A DNA stretch of 64,000 bases, taken from NCBI GenBank assembly GCA_949285875.1, contig CASDZZ010000003.1, positions 349-64,348 on the forward strand, read 5' to 3'. The stretch is from an uncultured bacterium. Its GTDB lineage: Bacteria > Bacillota_I > Bacilli_A > RF39 > UBA660. Below the pieces are notes generated by a model. It was not told the DNA's origin. It saw nothing but the letters and a program-made list of their open reading frames with translations, and searched no databases. The stretch's first letter is position 1, and the number at the start of each line of letters is the position of its first letter. Shown here piece by piece: positions 45,962 through 55,987 of the stretch. The translations under genes were made by a program, and so were the position numbers.

Positions 45962-48304
45962 ATGGCTGAAACAAATTTACCAGTGATACTTTTAAGAGGA
46001 ATAATTGTTCTTCCTTATTCAGAACTTAAAATAGATTTAGTAGATGAATTAGATACTAAAATAATAGAACTTGCTAACAAAAATCATAACGGATATGTAC
46101 TTTTAATTTCCCCAAATAACTTTAAAAATGAAAAAGTTGAAATAAGTAAATTACCAGATTTTGGGATAATTGGTAAGATAGTTAAGAAAACAACATTACC
46201 TAATGGTTGTATAAGAGTTACTATAGAAGGTAAAAAAAGGGTAAAAGTAAAGGAAATTTTATCATATAATGAAGAAAATGATGTTTTCATAGGAAAAATA
46301 GGTACTCCTACTAGATATGCTTTGGAAGCGACTGATGAAGAAGCTTTACTAAGAAAATTAAAATTAGAATTAGAAAATTATATAACTATTGTACCTTATT
46401 CTTCTAATAGCATAATAGGTAAAGTAGGAAGTATAAAAAGTATTGATAAATTAGCAGATGTAGTAGCTAACTACATGCCAATTTCTTTTGAAAGAAAGTT
46501 TGAATATTTAAAAACTGTTAATCCTTATACCAGGGTTATGATGAACTTAGAAGATATACAAAAAGAACTTGACATTTATGAAATAGAAAAGAAGTTAGAT
46601 ATAGAGTTAAAAAAGGGTTTAGATAAGTCTCAAAAAGAGTATATCCTAAGAGAAAAAATAAAATTAATAAAAGAAGAGCTTGGTGATATATCTTCTAAGG
46701 ATGATGATATCGAGGAACTAAAAAGTAAGATAAAAAAACTAAAAGCTCCTAAAAATATTATTAAAAAATTGGACCGAGAAATAAAAAAATATGAGTCAAC
46801 TCCTTCAGCTTCTCCAGAAGTTGGTATCATAAGAAATTATATTGATATTATGGTAAATTTACCTTGGAATAATTACACAAAGGATAATACCAATCTTAAG
46901 AAAGTAAGAGAAACTTTAGATAAAAATCATTATGGTCTTAATGATATAAAAGAAAGAATTATTGAATACTTAGCGGTTAAATCTAGAAGTGTTTCAAATA
47001 AGGCACCAATAATTTGTTTGGTTGGGACCCCAGGTGTTGGTAAAACTACGTTAGCAAGGTCTATAGCAGAAGCTATGGAACGTAAGTTTGTTAAAATTTC
47101 TGTTGGAGGGGTAAATGATCCTGCTGAAATTATAGGTCATAGAAGAACTTATATGGGGGCTAATCCTGGTAGAATAATTAATGCACTAAAAAAATGTGGT
47201 TCAAGTAATCCTGTATTTTTAATCGATGAAGTTGATAAAATGACTAAAGATATAAAAGGGGATCCTGCTAGTAGTTTATTAGAAGTATTAGACCCAGAAC
47301 AAAACGATAAGTTTTATGATAATTATATAGAAGAATCGTATGATTTATCTAAGATTATGTTTATTTTAACTGCTAATTATATAGAGCAAATTCCTGACGA
47401 GTTAAAAGATAGATTAGAGATTATTAAAGTATCTAGTTACACTGAATATGAGAAACTTTTTATAGCTAAAGAACATTTAATTAAGCTTGCTTGTTTAGAA
47501 TATAATTTAACTGAAAATGATATTACGTTAGATGATGATATAATTTTACAGATGATTAGAAATTATACTAAAGAAGCAGGAGTTAGAGAATTAGAAAGGG
47601 TTATAAATAAAGTTATAAGAAAACATATAATTTCTTTGTTTGAATCTCCTGAAGAAGAAAAGATAAATGTTATTACAAAACAAAAACTTGAATTATTTTT
47701 AGGGAAAGCTAAATATGAAAATAATATGGTTTTAGAAGAAAATGTAGCTGGAATTGTTAATGGTCTTGCTTATACCGCTTTTGGCGGTGATATTCTTCCT
47801 TTAGAAGTTGTTACTTATCCTTGTAAAGAATTAAATACAAAAATTACAGGTAACTTAGGTAATGTTATGAAAGAAAGCGTGTCTATAGCTTTAGGTCATA
47901 TAAAAAGTCATAGCAAGGAGTATAAGATAGATATTTCTAAATTAGATTCTTTATGTATTCATATTAATGCAATAGAGGGTGCGGTACCGAAAGAAGGTCC
48001 TTCAGCAGGTACAGCTTTAACAACTGCAATTATTAGTGCTTTAACTAATAAAAGTGTTTCTGGAACTTATGCTATGACGGGAGAAATGACTCTAACAGGA
48101 AACATTCTTCCTATTGGCGGAGTAAAGGAAAAAGTAATTGGAGCTTATAGAGCTGGTATTAAAATAGTTATAATTCCTAAAAGAAATGAGCATGATATAG
48201 ATGAAATACCTAATGAGGTAAGAAGTAATATAAAAATAATATTAGCTAGCAAATATCAAGAAATTTATGAAGAACTCTTTAGTAGTAAGAAGAAGAAAAT
48301 TTAG
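45962..48304 (+). CDS. lon: ATP-dependent Lon protease (LonA)
   Basis: Lon N-domain, Walker A GTPGVGKTT, catalytic PKEGPSAGTA and GGVKEK motifs; 780 aa. Confidence 0.96.
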   Translation: MAETNLPVILLRGIIVLPYSELKIDLVDELDTKIIELANKNHNGYVLLISPNNFKNEKVEISKLPDFGIIGKIVKKTTLPNGCIRVTIEGKKRVKVKEILSYNEENDVFIGKIGTPTRYALEATDEEALLRKLKLELENYITIVPYSSNSIIGKVGSIKSIDKLADVVANYMPISFERKFEYLKTVNPYTRVMMNLEDIQKELDIYEIEKKLDIELKKGLDKSQKEYILREKIKLIKEELGDISSKDDDIEELKSKIKKLKAPKNIIKKLDREIKKYESTPSASPEVGIIRNYIDIMVNLPWNNYTKDNTNLKKVRETLDKNHYGLNDIKERIIEYLAVKSRSVSNKAPIICLVGTPGVGKTTLARSIAEAMERKFVKISVGGVNDPAEIIGHRRTYMGANPGRIINALKKCGSSNPVFLIDEVDKMTKDIKGDPASSLLEVLDPEQNDKFYDNYIEESYDLSKIMFILTANYIEQIPDELKDRLEIIKVSSYTEYEKLFIAKEHLIKLACLEYNLTENDITLDDDIILQMIRNYTKEAGVRELERVINKVIRKHIISLFESPEEEKINVITKQKLELFLGKAKYENNMVLEENVAGIVNGLAYTAFGGDILPLEVVTYPCKELNTKITGNLGNVMKESVSIALGHIKSHSKEYKIDISKLDSLCIHINAIEGAVPKEGPSAGTALTTAIISALTNKSVSGTYAMTGEMTLTGNILPIGGVKEKVIGAYRAGIKIVIIPKRNEHDIDEIPNEVRSNIKIILASKYQEIYEELFSSKKKKI

Positions 48305-48318
48305 TTCTTCTTTTTTTT
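48290..48318 (+). terminator. Intrinsic terminator overlapping the lon stop
   Basis: AAGAAGAA / TTCTTCTT stem, 7-nt loop, T-run. Confidence 0.6.
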
Positions 48319-48559
48319 GTGATAAATTATTAAAAGATTTCTCGTTTAATTGAGGCTTAAAAAATAAAACAAAAATTTATAACAGAGTTTGTTAGTGTCA
48401 AAAATTTAAAAGTTAGAATTAAATAGCGCCATTTAAATTTATAGTAAAGTTTATTTATGCTTAATAGCGCTTTTTTTAGAGATATTTCAGTAATAGGGAA
48501 AGAAATTATCATTTCTTATTTTTTTTTACATATTATTTATTGAATGGAGATGAATATGT

Positions 48560-49300
48560 ATGAAACAAATAATTCCTTTTGTAAAAGATATTGATTTTAA
48601 TACTAAAATATCTGAAATAACCAGTATAGCTTTGGAACATAATCTTAAACTAGAAAATAATGATTCTATTGTAGGAACTTTTGATATAAGTGGTAAATAT
48701 AAAATTAATGATGTTAGTGTAAATGAGGAATCTTTTGAAAAAGAATTAAATTTTGATATAACATTAGATGATAAGTATGATAAATCTAAAGTTATTTTTG
48801 ATATTGATAATTTCTATTATGAGATAATAAATGATAATATTTTAAGGGTACACATTGATGTTTTAGCTAATAATCTTGTTTATTACAGGGAAGAGAAAAA
48901 AGAAGAAATAAAGCAAGAAGAAACAAAAGAACCTTACTTTGAGGATATTTCTAATGATATTAAAGAAGAAGACTTAAGAGAAGATAAAAAGGAGGATGAA
49001 AATATGATTATGGAAGAAAGTGTTTTAGAAAGTAGAACTGAGGAAAATAAAGAGGCACCTGAAAAAGAAGTAAGGGAAGAAGAAAACGTAAAAGAAGAAA
49101 GAAAAGGTGATTTTACAGCAAGTTTTATTAAAACAGAAGAAAAATATAGTACATATAAAATTCATATTATAAGAGAAAATGAAAATATAGATACAATAAA
49201 AGAAAAATATGGTACTACAGAAGAAGAATTATCTAAGTATAATAACTTAGATAGTGTAATACTAGGAACAAAACTAATTATTCCTATTAGTAATGAATAG
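48560..49300 (+). CDS. SpoVID-like spore coat morphogenetic protein (N-terminal SpoVID/SafA-type domain, acidic linker, C-terminal LysM)
   Basis: The N-terminus IPFVKDIDFNTKISEITSIALEH...GTFDISGKY resembles SpoVID. The middle is highly E/K-rich. The C-terminal LysM reads YKIHIIRENENIDTIKEKYGTTEEELSKYNNL...GTKLIIP. It lies upstream of ysxE-like and valS, as in B. subtilis. Confidence 0.6.
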   Translation: MKQIIPFVKDIDFNTKISEITSIALEHNLKLENNDSIVGTFDISGKYKINDVSVNEESFEKELNFDITLDDKYDKSKVIFDIDNFYYEIINDNILRVHIDVLANNLVYYREEKKEEIKQEETKEPYFEDISNDIKEEDLREDKKEDENMIMEESVLESRTEENKEAPEKEVREEENVKEERKGDFTASFIKTEEKYSTYKIHIIRENENIDTIKEKYGTTEEELSKYNNLDSVILGTKLIIPISNE

Positions 49301-50216
49301 TAATTTATTAAGAAATACCATTAGAAAGTACTCTCCTGGAATAAAAAAAGTAGAATATAGAAACAATGCTATTATTTATTCCGATAATGAACAAAACAAA
49401 TTTGTAGCTAAAAAAAATAAGAATAATATATTAGATCTTTATAGGTATTTAAATTCTAGAGGTTTTGATTATTTAGCTGAATTAGAATTTTGTAATGATG
49501 AAGGTTATATTTATAGATATCAAAAAGATATTTTGACTCCTAATGAACAAAAAATGTCTGATTTAGTTAAGATTGCTGCTTTACTTCATAATAAGACTGT
49601 ATACTATGTTGATGTTACTTTAGATGAAATTAAAGAAACTTTTGAAAAATTAAATAATAAAATTGATAATACGTTTAATTATTATGATGACGTAATTACA
49701 ATGATAGAATCTAACGTTTACATGAGTCCAAGTGAGTATATGCTAGCTAGAAATTGTAATTCTATTTTTTCTTGTTTGAATTTTTGCAAAGAAAAACTTA
49801 ATGAGTGGTATGAAATAATGGAGAAAAAGAGCAAGAAAAGAATAGTTTTATTACATAATAAACTTGATCCGAATCACTTAATTAAAAATAAAAATAATAT
49901 TCTTATAAGTTGGGATAATGCGTCAAGAGATATCCCAATATATGATTTTATTAATTTATATAAAAAAAATTATAGTTCTTATGATTTTAATGAATTATAT
50001 AGAGAGTATAAAAACAAGTTTCCTTTTTTAAAAGAGGAAACTATATTAATGTATATAATTCTTTTTATTCCAGATAAAATAAAGTTAGATTCATCTGAAT
50101 TAAAAAATACAATAGAGGTAAGTAAGTTGTGTAACTATTTATATACAACAGATAAGTTATTTATGGAAAATGAGACAAAAAATAGCAAAATACAAGATAA
50201 TAATATCAATGAATAA
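49293..50216 (+). CDS. YsxE/CotS-family kinase-like spore coat protein
   Basis: 307 aa with a phosphotransferase-like HNKLDPNHLI...ISWDNASRDIPIYDF region. Overlaps the spoVID-like stop and matches the synteny. Confidence 0.55.
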   Translation: MNSNLLRNTIRKYSPGIKKVEYRNNAIIYSDNEQNKFVAKKNKNNILDLYRYLNSRGFDYLAELEFCNDEGYIYRYQKDILTPNEQKMSDLVKIAALLHNKTVYYVDVTLDEIKETFEKLNNKIDNTFNYYDDVITMIESNVYMSPSEYMLARNCNSIFSCLNFCKEKLNEWYEIMEKKSKKRIVLLHNKLDPNHLIKNKNNILISWDNASRDIPIYDFINLYKKNYSSYDFNELYREYKNKFPFLKEETILMYIILFIPDKIKLDSSELKNTIEVSKLCNYLYTTDKLFMENETKNSKIQDNNINE

Positions 50217-50345
50217 TAAAAACACTTGAAATCTAGCGCATAATATAATGGTAACAATAGCTTGATAAAAAGTTATTATAGAAAAAACTATCATTAAAAT
50301 TACAAATTTAGTTAATTTACCACCAAACAAGTTATTAGGACGCAT
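50157..50345 (-). CDS. Small hydrophobic protein (62 aa), uncertain
   Basis: RBS AAAGGTGAT lies 5 nt upstream of the ATG (reverse strand). Two predicted TM segments. Its 3' end overlaps the ysxE-like 3' end by 60 nt in convergent orientation. Confidence 0.35.
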   Translation of the reverse strand: MRPNNLFGGKLTKFVILMIVFSIITFYQAIVTIILCARFQVFLLFIDIIILYFAIFCLIFHK

Positions 50346-50465
50346 GTAATCACCTTTTTGTATATTATATGTATTATAAAACTAATTTGCTAACCATATT
50401 TTCTTAAAAATATGGTTTTTTTTTGTAAAACATGTTATTATATATAAAGAGTAGGAGAGATTTTT

Positions 50466-50876
50466 ATGTTAAATAATAAGGGCTTTGCAGTATCTGCAGT
50501 TTTATATACTTTGCTTATTGCGTTTTTGTTGTTTTTAGGGGTAGCACTAGCTTCTTTGGCTTCCTCTTCGGGACTAGTTGGTAATTCAAATAATGATATA
50601 ATAGATGGCACTAATTTTGAGGTGATGCAAGTAAAATTAAATGGTTGTACGGAGGAATCTTGGAACCGTTCTAATGTTATTTTAAGAATTAAAAGTAGGT
50701 ATGGTACTAAATATTGGCCTAAAGATTTTTCTGACAATAAAACAAGTGGCAATATTGAAGTTACATGTAATGGAGGTGTTTGTACTGTCCCTGTTTCTGA
50801 AGGTATGAATGTTACTGTTAAAGATAAAGTTAACGGTTCAGAACAAACTGTTATTTTATTTAATATTTGTAAATAG
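50466..50876 (+). CDS. Pilin-like / minor pseudopilin-like protein lacking Glu5 (136 aa)
   Basis: The leader MLNNKG|FAVSAVLYTLLIAFLLFLGVAL resembles a prepilin site, but position +5 is Ala. A small globular domain with 4 Cys follows. RBS AGGAGAG. Confidence 0.5.
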   Translation: MLNNKGFAVSAVLYTLLIAFLLFLGVALASLASSSGLVGNSNNDIIDGTNFEVMQVKLNGCTEESWNRSNVILRIKSRYGTKYWPKDFSDNKTSGNIEVTCNGGVCTVPVSEGMNVTVKDKVNGSEQTVILFNICK

Positions 50877-50879
50877 GAC

Positions 50880-50908
50880 TTGTTAAAAAAGTTAAAATTT
50901 GTTATACT
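50880..50908 (+). promoter_or_regulatory. SigA-type promoter of the Val T-box leader
   Basis: TTGTTA, a 17-nt spacer, then TATACT preceded by TGt. Confidence 0.5.
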
Positions 50909-50914
50909 ACATAC

Positions 50915-51147
50915 ATGTCATTTGCTTTGAACAAGAGGAGTAAACTAATTTAATATTATAGAGAGCTAACGATAGGTGGAAGTTAGTATATTATTTTGTT
51001 GAAGGTAGCTTGGGAGCTTAATTTTTGAAAGTAAGTAGAAAATTACGTGTGCCGCGTTAAGGCTATTAAGTGTATATCTTTAAGATATAAATTAAGGTGG
51101 TACCATGGGCTTAAAGTCCATCCTTTAGATAGGATGGATTTTTTTAA
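50915..51147 (+). promoter_or_regulatory. T-box riboswitch leader (probable Val specifier GUA) controlling valS
   Basis: AGAGAG and GGTGGAA stem I elements. The specifier region is GAAGGTAGC at 51001..51009, with GTA at 51005..51007. The T-box AAATTAAGGTGGTACCATGGG is at 51089..51109. The terminator TCCATCCT/AGGATGGA with T7 is at 51117..51145. Confidence 0.88.
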
Positions 51148-51171
51148 TTTTATTGAGAAAGGAAGATTTAT

Positions 51172-53730
51172 ATGTTAGAAAAAAAATATAATCATAAGAG
51201 TGTTGAAAATGGTAAATATGATAAATGGTTAAAACATAATTATTTTAAAGCAGGAGATATAACTAAGGAAGCTTTTTCTATAGTTATTCCACCTCCTAAT
51301 GTAACCGGTAAATTACATATAGGTCATGCTTGGGATACAACTTTGCAAGATATTATGATTCGTTATAAAAAAATGTGTGGATATGATGTTTTGTGGCTTC
51401 CAGGAATGGATCATGCTGCTATTGCAACTGAAGTTAAAGTTGTAGAAAAATTAAAAAAACAAGGAATTAATAAGAGAGATTTAGGAAGAGAAGGGTTCTT
51501 AAAGAAAGCTTGGGAATGGAAGGAAGAATATGCATCTAACATAAGAAAGCAGTGGGCTAAATTAGGTCTTAGCTTAGATTATTCTAGGGAAAGATTTACT
51601 TTAGATGAAGGTCTTAATAAAGCTGTTACTAAGGTGTTTGTTGATCTTTATAATAAAGGAATGATTTATAGAGGAGAAAGAATAATAAACTGGGATCCCG
51701 TTCAAAAGACGGCTCTTTCAAATGAAGAAGTAATTTATAAAGATGTTGAAGGTGCTTTTTACCATATTAAATATTTTATCGAAGGTACTGATGAGTATTT
51801 AGAAGTAGCTACTACAAGACCTGAAACCTTATTTGGAGATACTGCTGTTGCTGTTAATCCTAGTGACCAAAGGTATAAACACTTGATAGGTAAAAATGTA
51901 ATTCTTCCAATAGTTAATAAATTAATACCAATAATTGGAGATGAACATGCAGATCCTTCTTTCGGAACTGGTGTTGTTAAGATAACTCCTGCTCATGATC
52001 CTAATGATTTTGAAGTAGGAAATAGACATAACTTACCAAGGGTTAAAGTTATGAACGAAGATGCGACGATGAATGCAAATGCTGGAAAATACGAAGGTAT
52101 GGAACGTTTTTTATGTCGTGAAAAGTTAGTAGAAGATTTAAAAACACAGAATTTATTAATTAAAATAGAAAAAATAACACACAATGTTGGTCATTCTGAA
52201 AGAACTGGTGCTATGGTAGAACCTTATTTATCTAAGCAATGGTTTGTTGACATGGATGAATTATCAAAGAATGTATTAAAAAATCAACTTAATCCTAATA
52301 CAAAAGTAAATTTTGTTCCCGAAAGATTTGAAAAAATTCTAACAAATTGGATGAGTGATTGTCATGATTGGTGTATTTCAAGACAATTATGGTGGGGGCA
52401 TAGAATACCTGCTTGGTACAAAGATAATGATATTTATGTGGGCCTTAACGCTCCAGAAGGAGAAGGTTGGAAACAAGATGAAGACGTATTAGATACATGG
52501 TTTTCTTCTGCACTTTGGCCATTTAGTACGATGGGATGGCCAGATAATACTTCTGATTTTAAAAGATATTTTCCTAATGATGTGCTTGTAGCAGGTTATG
52601 ATATTATTTTCTTCTGGGTATGTAGAATGGTTTTTCAATCTCTAGAATTTACTGGTCAAAGACCATTTAAACATTGTTTAATTCACGGACTTATTCGTGA
52701 TAAGGAAGGAAGAAAAATGTCTAAATCTTTAGGTAATGGTGTAGATCCTATGGAAGTTATAGAAGAGTATGGAGCTGATAGTTTACGTTACTTTTTAACT
52801 ACTAATTCATCACCAGGGCAAGATTTAAGATATGACGAGGAAAAAGTAAAATCTACATGGAACTTTATAAATAAAATTTGGAATGCTTCTAGATATGTCT
52901 TGATGTATGTAGATGATTTGCAAGTTATAAAGCTAGAAGGTTTAACAAATAGTGATAAATGGATTTTATCTAAATTAAATAAAGTAATTAAAAATGTTAG
53001 AGTTAATATGGATAAATTTGATTTTAACTTAGTAGGAAATGAGTTATATAAATTTATATGGGAAGATTTTTGTGATGTATATATAGAACATAGTAAATCT
53101 AGCACCCAAAATATAGGAACTAAATCAACTTTATTAACTGTATTAACAAGTATTTTAAAAATGTTACATCCTTTTATGCCTTATGTAACTGATGAATTCT
53201 ATGAAGCTTTACCAATAAAAGATGCAGAGTCAATTATAATTAGTGAATATCCTAAATATAGTGAAGCATATAATTTTAGTAAAGAAGAAAAGGAAATTGA
53301 TATATTAGTAGAAATAATTTCTAGCATAAGAAATATAAAATCAGAAAAAAATATCCCTAAGAATTTCGGAATCATCAATGAATTTAGTGAAAAATATAAG
53401 TATTTAATAGAAAATAATAAAAATATATTGACTAGCATACTTAAATGTGATATTATATTATCTTCTCCTGAAAAAAATATGATGTTGAATGTTTCATTTA
53501 TATATGGTGATTTAATTTTATGCTATGAAGGTGAAACTTTAAAACAAGAAGATTTGGAGTTAATAAGAAAAGAAATCGATACTTTGGAAAAAAGTATCGA
53601 ACGTAGAAATAAACTGCTTTCTAACGAAAATTATCTAGCTAAAGCTCCAAATAGTATTGTTAATCAGGAAAAGCAAAAATTGCTAGAAGAACAAGAGAAA
53701 AAAGAAATATTATTAAAAAAATTAAGTTAA
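51172..53730 (+). CDS. valS: Valine--tRNA ligase
   Basis: [14 protein letters not shown] (HIGH) and KMSKSLGN motifs, with a C-terminal coiled coil; 852 aa. Confidence 0.97.
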   Translation: MLEKKYNHKSVENGKYDKWLKHNYFKAGDITKEAFSIVIPPPNVTGKLHIGHAWDTTLQDIMIRYKKMCGYDVLWLPGMDHAAIATEVKVVEKLKKQGINKRDLGREGFLKKAWEWKEEYASNIRKQWAKLGLSLDYSRERFTLDEGLNKAVTKVFVDLYNKGMIYRGERIINWDPVQKTALSNEEVIYKDVEGAFYHIKYFIEGTDEYLEVATTRPETLFGDTAVAVNPSDQRYKHLIGKNVILPIVNKLIPIIGDEHADPSFGTGVVKITPAHDPNDFEVGNRHNLPRVKVMNEDATMNANAGKYEGMERFLCREKLVEDLKTQNLLIKIEKITHNVGHSERTGAMVEPYLSKQWFVDMDELSKNVLKNQLNPNTKVNFVPERFEKILTNWMSDCHDWCISRQLWWGHRIPAWYKDNDIYVGLNAPEGEGWKQDEDVLDTWFSSALWPFSTMGWPDNTSDFKRYFPNDVLVAGYDIIFFWVCRMVFQSLEFTGQRPFKHCLIHGLIRDKEGRKMSKSLGNGVDPMEVIEEYGADSLRYFLTTNSSPGQDLRYDEEKVKSTWNFINKIWNASRYVLMYVDDLQVIKLEGLTNSDKWILSKLNKVIKNVRVNMDKFDFNLVGNELYKFIWEDFCDVYIEHSKSSTQNIGTKSTLLTVLTSILKMLHPFMPYVTDEFYEALPIKDAESIIISEYPKYSEAYNFSKEEKEIDILVEIISSIRNIKSEKNIPKNFGIINEFSEKYKYLIENNKNILTSILKCDIILSSPEKNMMLNVSFIYGDLILCYEGETLKQEDLELIRKEIDTLEKSIERRNKLLSNENYLAKAPNSIVNQEKQKLLEEQEKKEILLKKLS

Positions 53731-53750
53731 AGAAAGTTTGGTGGTTTTGG

Positions 53751-54134
53751 ATGATGTATTGTATGGAAAATATTGGAAGAACCTATGTAGATGAATCAAA
53801 TGAAAAATATGATTATGATTTTTATGCTAGGTATTTGACACCATATGAACGTTATATTGGAATTGGTGATAAGGTATATTGTGACGAAGATACTAATAAA
53901 GCTTTTTTAGAAATTAAAAATTTGTATGAAGTTAGTAAATCTAGATTGGCAGAAGAATGGCAAGAAGAGGAAAAAGCTGCTGATGGGTTAATGTTTTTTA
54001 TTTCATGTAATGTAGTAGGTCTTGAAAACAATAAATTTTATATAAACGTAGCTAATTTAAAGAAAAAAGCTGAAGAATATAGTGAATTAAAAAACAAGAA
54101 AGTAAATTGTCTTAAGAAAGGTGCTTTAAAGTAG
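53751..54134 (+). CDS. Hypothetical protein (127 aa)
   Basis: ORF with RBS GGTGG and a strong terminator downstream. No recognisable family. The start could be 53751, 53754 or 53763. Confidence 0.5.
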   Translation: MMYCMENIGRTYVDESNEKYDYDFYARYLTPYERYIGIGDKVYCDEDTNKAFLEIKNLYEVSKSRLAEEWQEEEKAADGLMFFISCNVVGLENNKFYINVANLKKKAEEYSELKNKKVNCLKKGALK

Positions 54135-54144
54135 CACCTTTTTT
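54117..54144 (+). terminator. Intrinsic terminator
   Basis: 9-bp stem AAAGGTGCT / AGCACCTTT, 7-nt loop, T-run. Overlaps the stop codon. Confidence 0.8.
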
Positions 54145-54196
54145 ATTGCATAAATATTTTAATTAAGTTATACTTAAATATGTTAAGAGGTGTTTT

Positions 54197-55894
54197 ATGA
54201 GACTTAAACATAGCTATTTTTACACGTTAAGAGAAGATGCTAAAGATGAAGAATCTGTTTCTGGAAATTTGCTTACCAGAAGTGGAATGATAAAGAAAAG
54301 TTCTAGTGGTGTTTATATGTATTTACCTTTAGGCTATAAGGTTATTAAAAACATTAATAAGATAATTAGAGAAGAAATGGAGAATATTGATGCTGGAGAA
54401 CTATTAATGCCTTCGTTAGTGTCTGAAGATGTTTATGTAACTTCTGGAAGAAGAAAAATATTTGATGATGATATGTTTTCTTTGAAAGATAGGTTTGATA
54501 AATCTTATGTACTTGCTCCTACCCATGAGGAATTATTCACTATGGTTGCTCAAGCAAGAATAAATTCTTATAAAGATTTACCTTTTAGTATTTATCAAAT
54601 ACAAGATAAGTTTAGGGATGAGGCAAGGTGTAGATATGGTCTTATAAGAGTAAGAGAATTTTTGATGAAAGATGCTTATTCTTTTGATTTGGATGAAAAA
54701 GGACTTAATGATTCTTATAATGAAATGTATAATGCTTATAAAAAGATTTTTGCTAGATTAGGCATTAATTATAAAATTGTCAAATCAGATACTGGTTTTA
54801 CTGGCGGGCTTTTATCAGAAGAGTTTCAAGCTTTAGCTGATATAGGAGAAGATAAATTAGTCATTTGTGAAGAATGTGGTTATGCAGCTAATGCTGAGGT
54901 CGCAAAATGTAGTACTTTAACAGTAAAGTCTGATGAAGAAATAAAAATTAGGGAGTTAGTTAAAACTCCAGACAAAAAATCTATTGATGAAGTATCTAGT
55001 TATTTAATGGAAGATAAAGAAAAATTTGTAAAAACTTTAATATATAATATTGATGGAAAATTACATGCTGTTTTGGTTAAGGGTACACATGAAGTTAATG
55101 AGGCTAAATTAAAAAAATTATTAAATGCTAATACTGTAGAATTAGCAAATATTGAACAAGTAGAAGAAGTAACAAATGCCAAATTAGGATTTGCAGGTCC
55201 TGTTGGACTTGAAATTCCAGTAGTGGTAGATAATGAAATTCTTAATATGAAAAATTTTATTGTAGGTGCTAATAAAACTGATTACCATTATAAAAATGTT
55301 AACTTAGAAGATTTTAATTATTTATATACAGGAGATATAAGGAATATTACTGAAAAAGATTTGTGCCCTAAATGTGGGAAAACTATAAATTTTAAATCTG
55401 GAATAGAAATTGCTAACACTTTTAAATTAGGAACAAAGTATTCTGAAGTTTTAAATCTTTCTTATTTAAACAGGGAAAATGAGTCTAAAAACGTATGGAT
55501 GGGATGTTATGGCATTGGAATTGGTAGGTGCTTAGCAGCGATTGTTGAACAGAATAATGATAGTAAAGGTATTATCTGGCCTCTTGAGGTAGCTCCTTTT
55601 AAGGTTGCAATAGTTGTTGTTAATATGGAAGATGAGACTCAAATTGATGCAGCTAATTACCTTTATGGTGAATTTAAAAAGCAAAAAATATCTACAATAT
55701 TAGATGACCGTGATGAAAGAGCTGGAGTTAAATTTAATGATATGGATTTAATAGGTATTCCAATAAGAATAACAATAGGAAATAAAATTAAAGAACAAAT
55801 GGTAGAAATAAAGCAAAGAAAAAAGGATGATTTTGAAGAAATTTCATTATATGATGCATTAACTAGGGTTGAAGATATATTAGATGGTGAATAA
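54197..55894 (+). CDS. proS: Proline--tRNA ligase (bacterial type with INS editing domain)
   Basis: Class II motifs (LAPTHEE, FRDEARCRYGLIRVREFLMKDAYSF, GCYGIGIGR) and a central insertion; 565 aa. Confidence 0.95.
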   Translation: MRLKHSYFYTLREDAKDEESVSGNLLTRSGMIKKSSSGVYMYLPLGYKVIKNINKIIREEMENIDAGELLMPSLVSEDVYVTSGRRKIFDDDMFSLKDRFDKSYVLAPTHEELFTMVAQARINSYKDLPFSIYQIQDKFRDEARCRYGLIRVREFLMKDAYSFDLDEKGLNDSYNEMYNAYKKIFARLGINYKIVKSDTGFTGGLLSEEFQALADIGEDKLVICEECGYAANAEVAKCSTLTVKSDEEIKIRELVKTPDKKSIDEVSSYLMEDKEKFVKTLIYNIDGKLHAVLVKGTHEVNEAKLKKLLNANTVELANIEQVEEVTNAKLGFAGPVGLEIPVVVDNEILNMKNFIVGANKTDYHYKNVNLEDFNYLYTGDIRNITEKDLCPKCGKTINFKSGIEIANTFKLGTKYSEVLNLSYLNRENESKNVWMGCYGIGIGRCLAAIVEQNNDSKGIIWPLEVAPFKVAIVVVNMEDETQIDAANYLYGEFKKQKISTILDDRDERAGVKFNDMDLIGIPIRITIGNKIKEQMVEIKQRKKDDFEEISLYDALTRVEDILDGE

Positions 55895-55919
55895 AATAGC
55901 TAAAAAAGCTATTTTTTTT
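55894..55919 (+). terminator. Intrinsic terminator after proS
   Basis: AAATAGCT-aaaaa-AGCTATTT followed by a T-run. Confidence 0.75.
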
Positions 55920-55987
55920 ATTTTTTTTGTAAAAAAAACGAGGGTTTTTGAACTTTTTGTAGAATAATTGTTATGGAGGCATATTTT

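Noticed and set aside
48305-48559. The long (255 nt) lon / spoVID-like intergenic region as a possible sRNA, riboswitch or small ORF (a 28-aa MLNSAFF... ORF; an AGCGC...GCGCT pairing).
   Set aside because: Only a 5-bp stem with a ~40-nt loop is present. There are no conserved riboswitch motifs, and the small ORF has no RBS. The region is most simply the lon terminator plus a sporulation-type promoter region, which I cannot define confidently.
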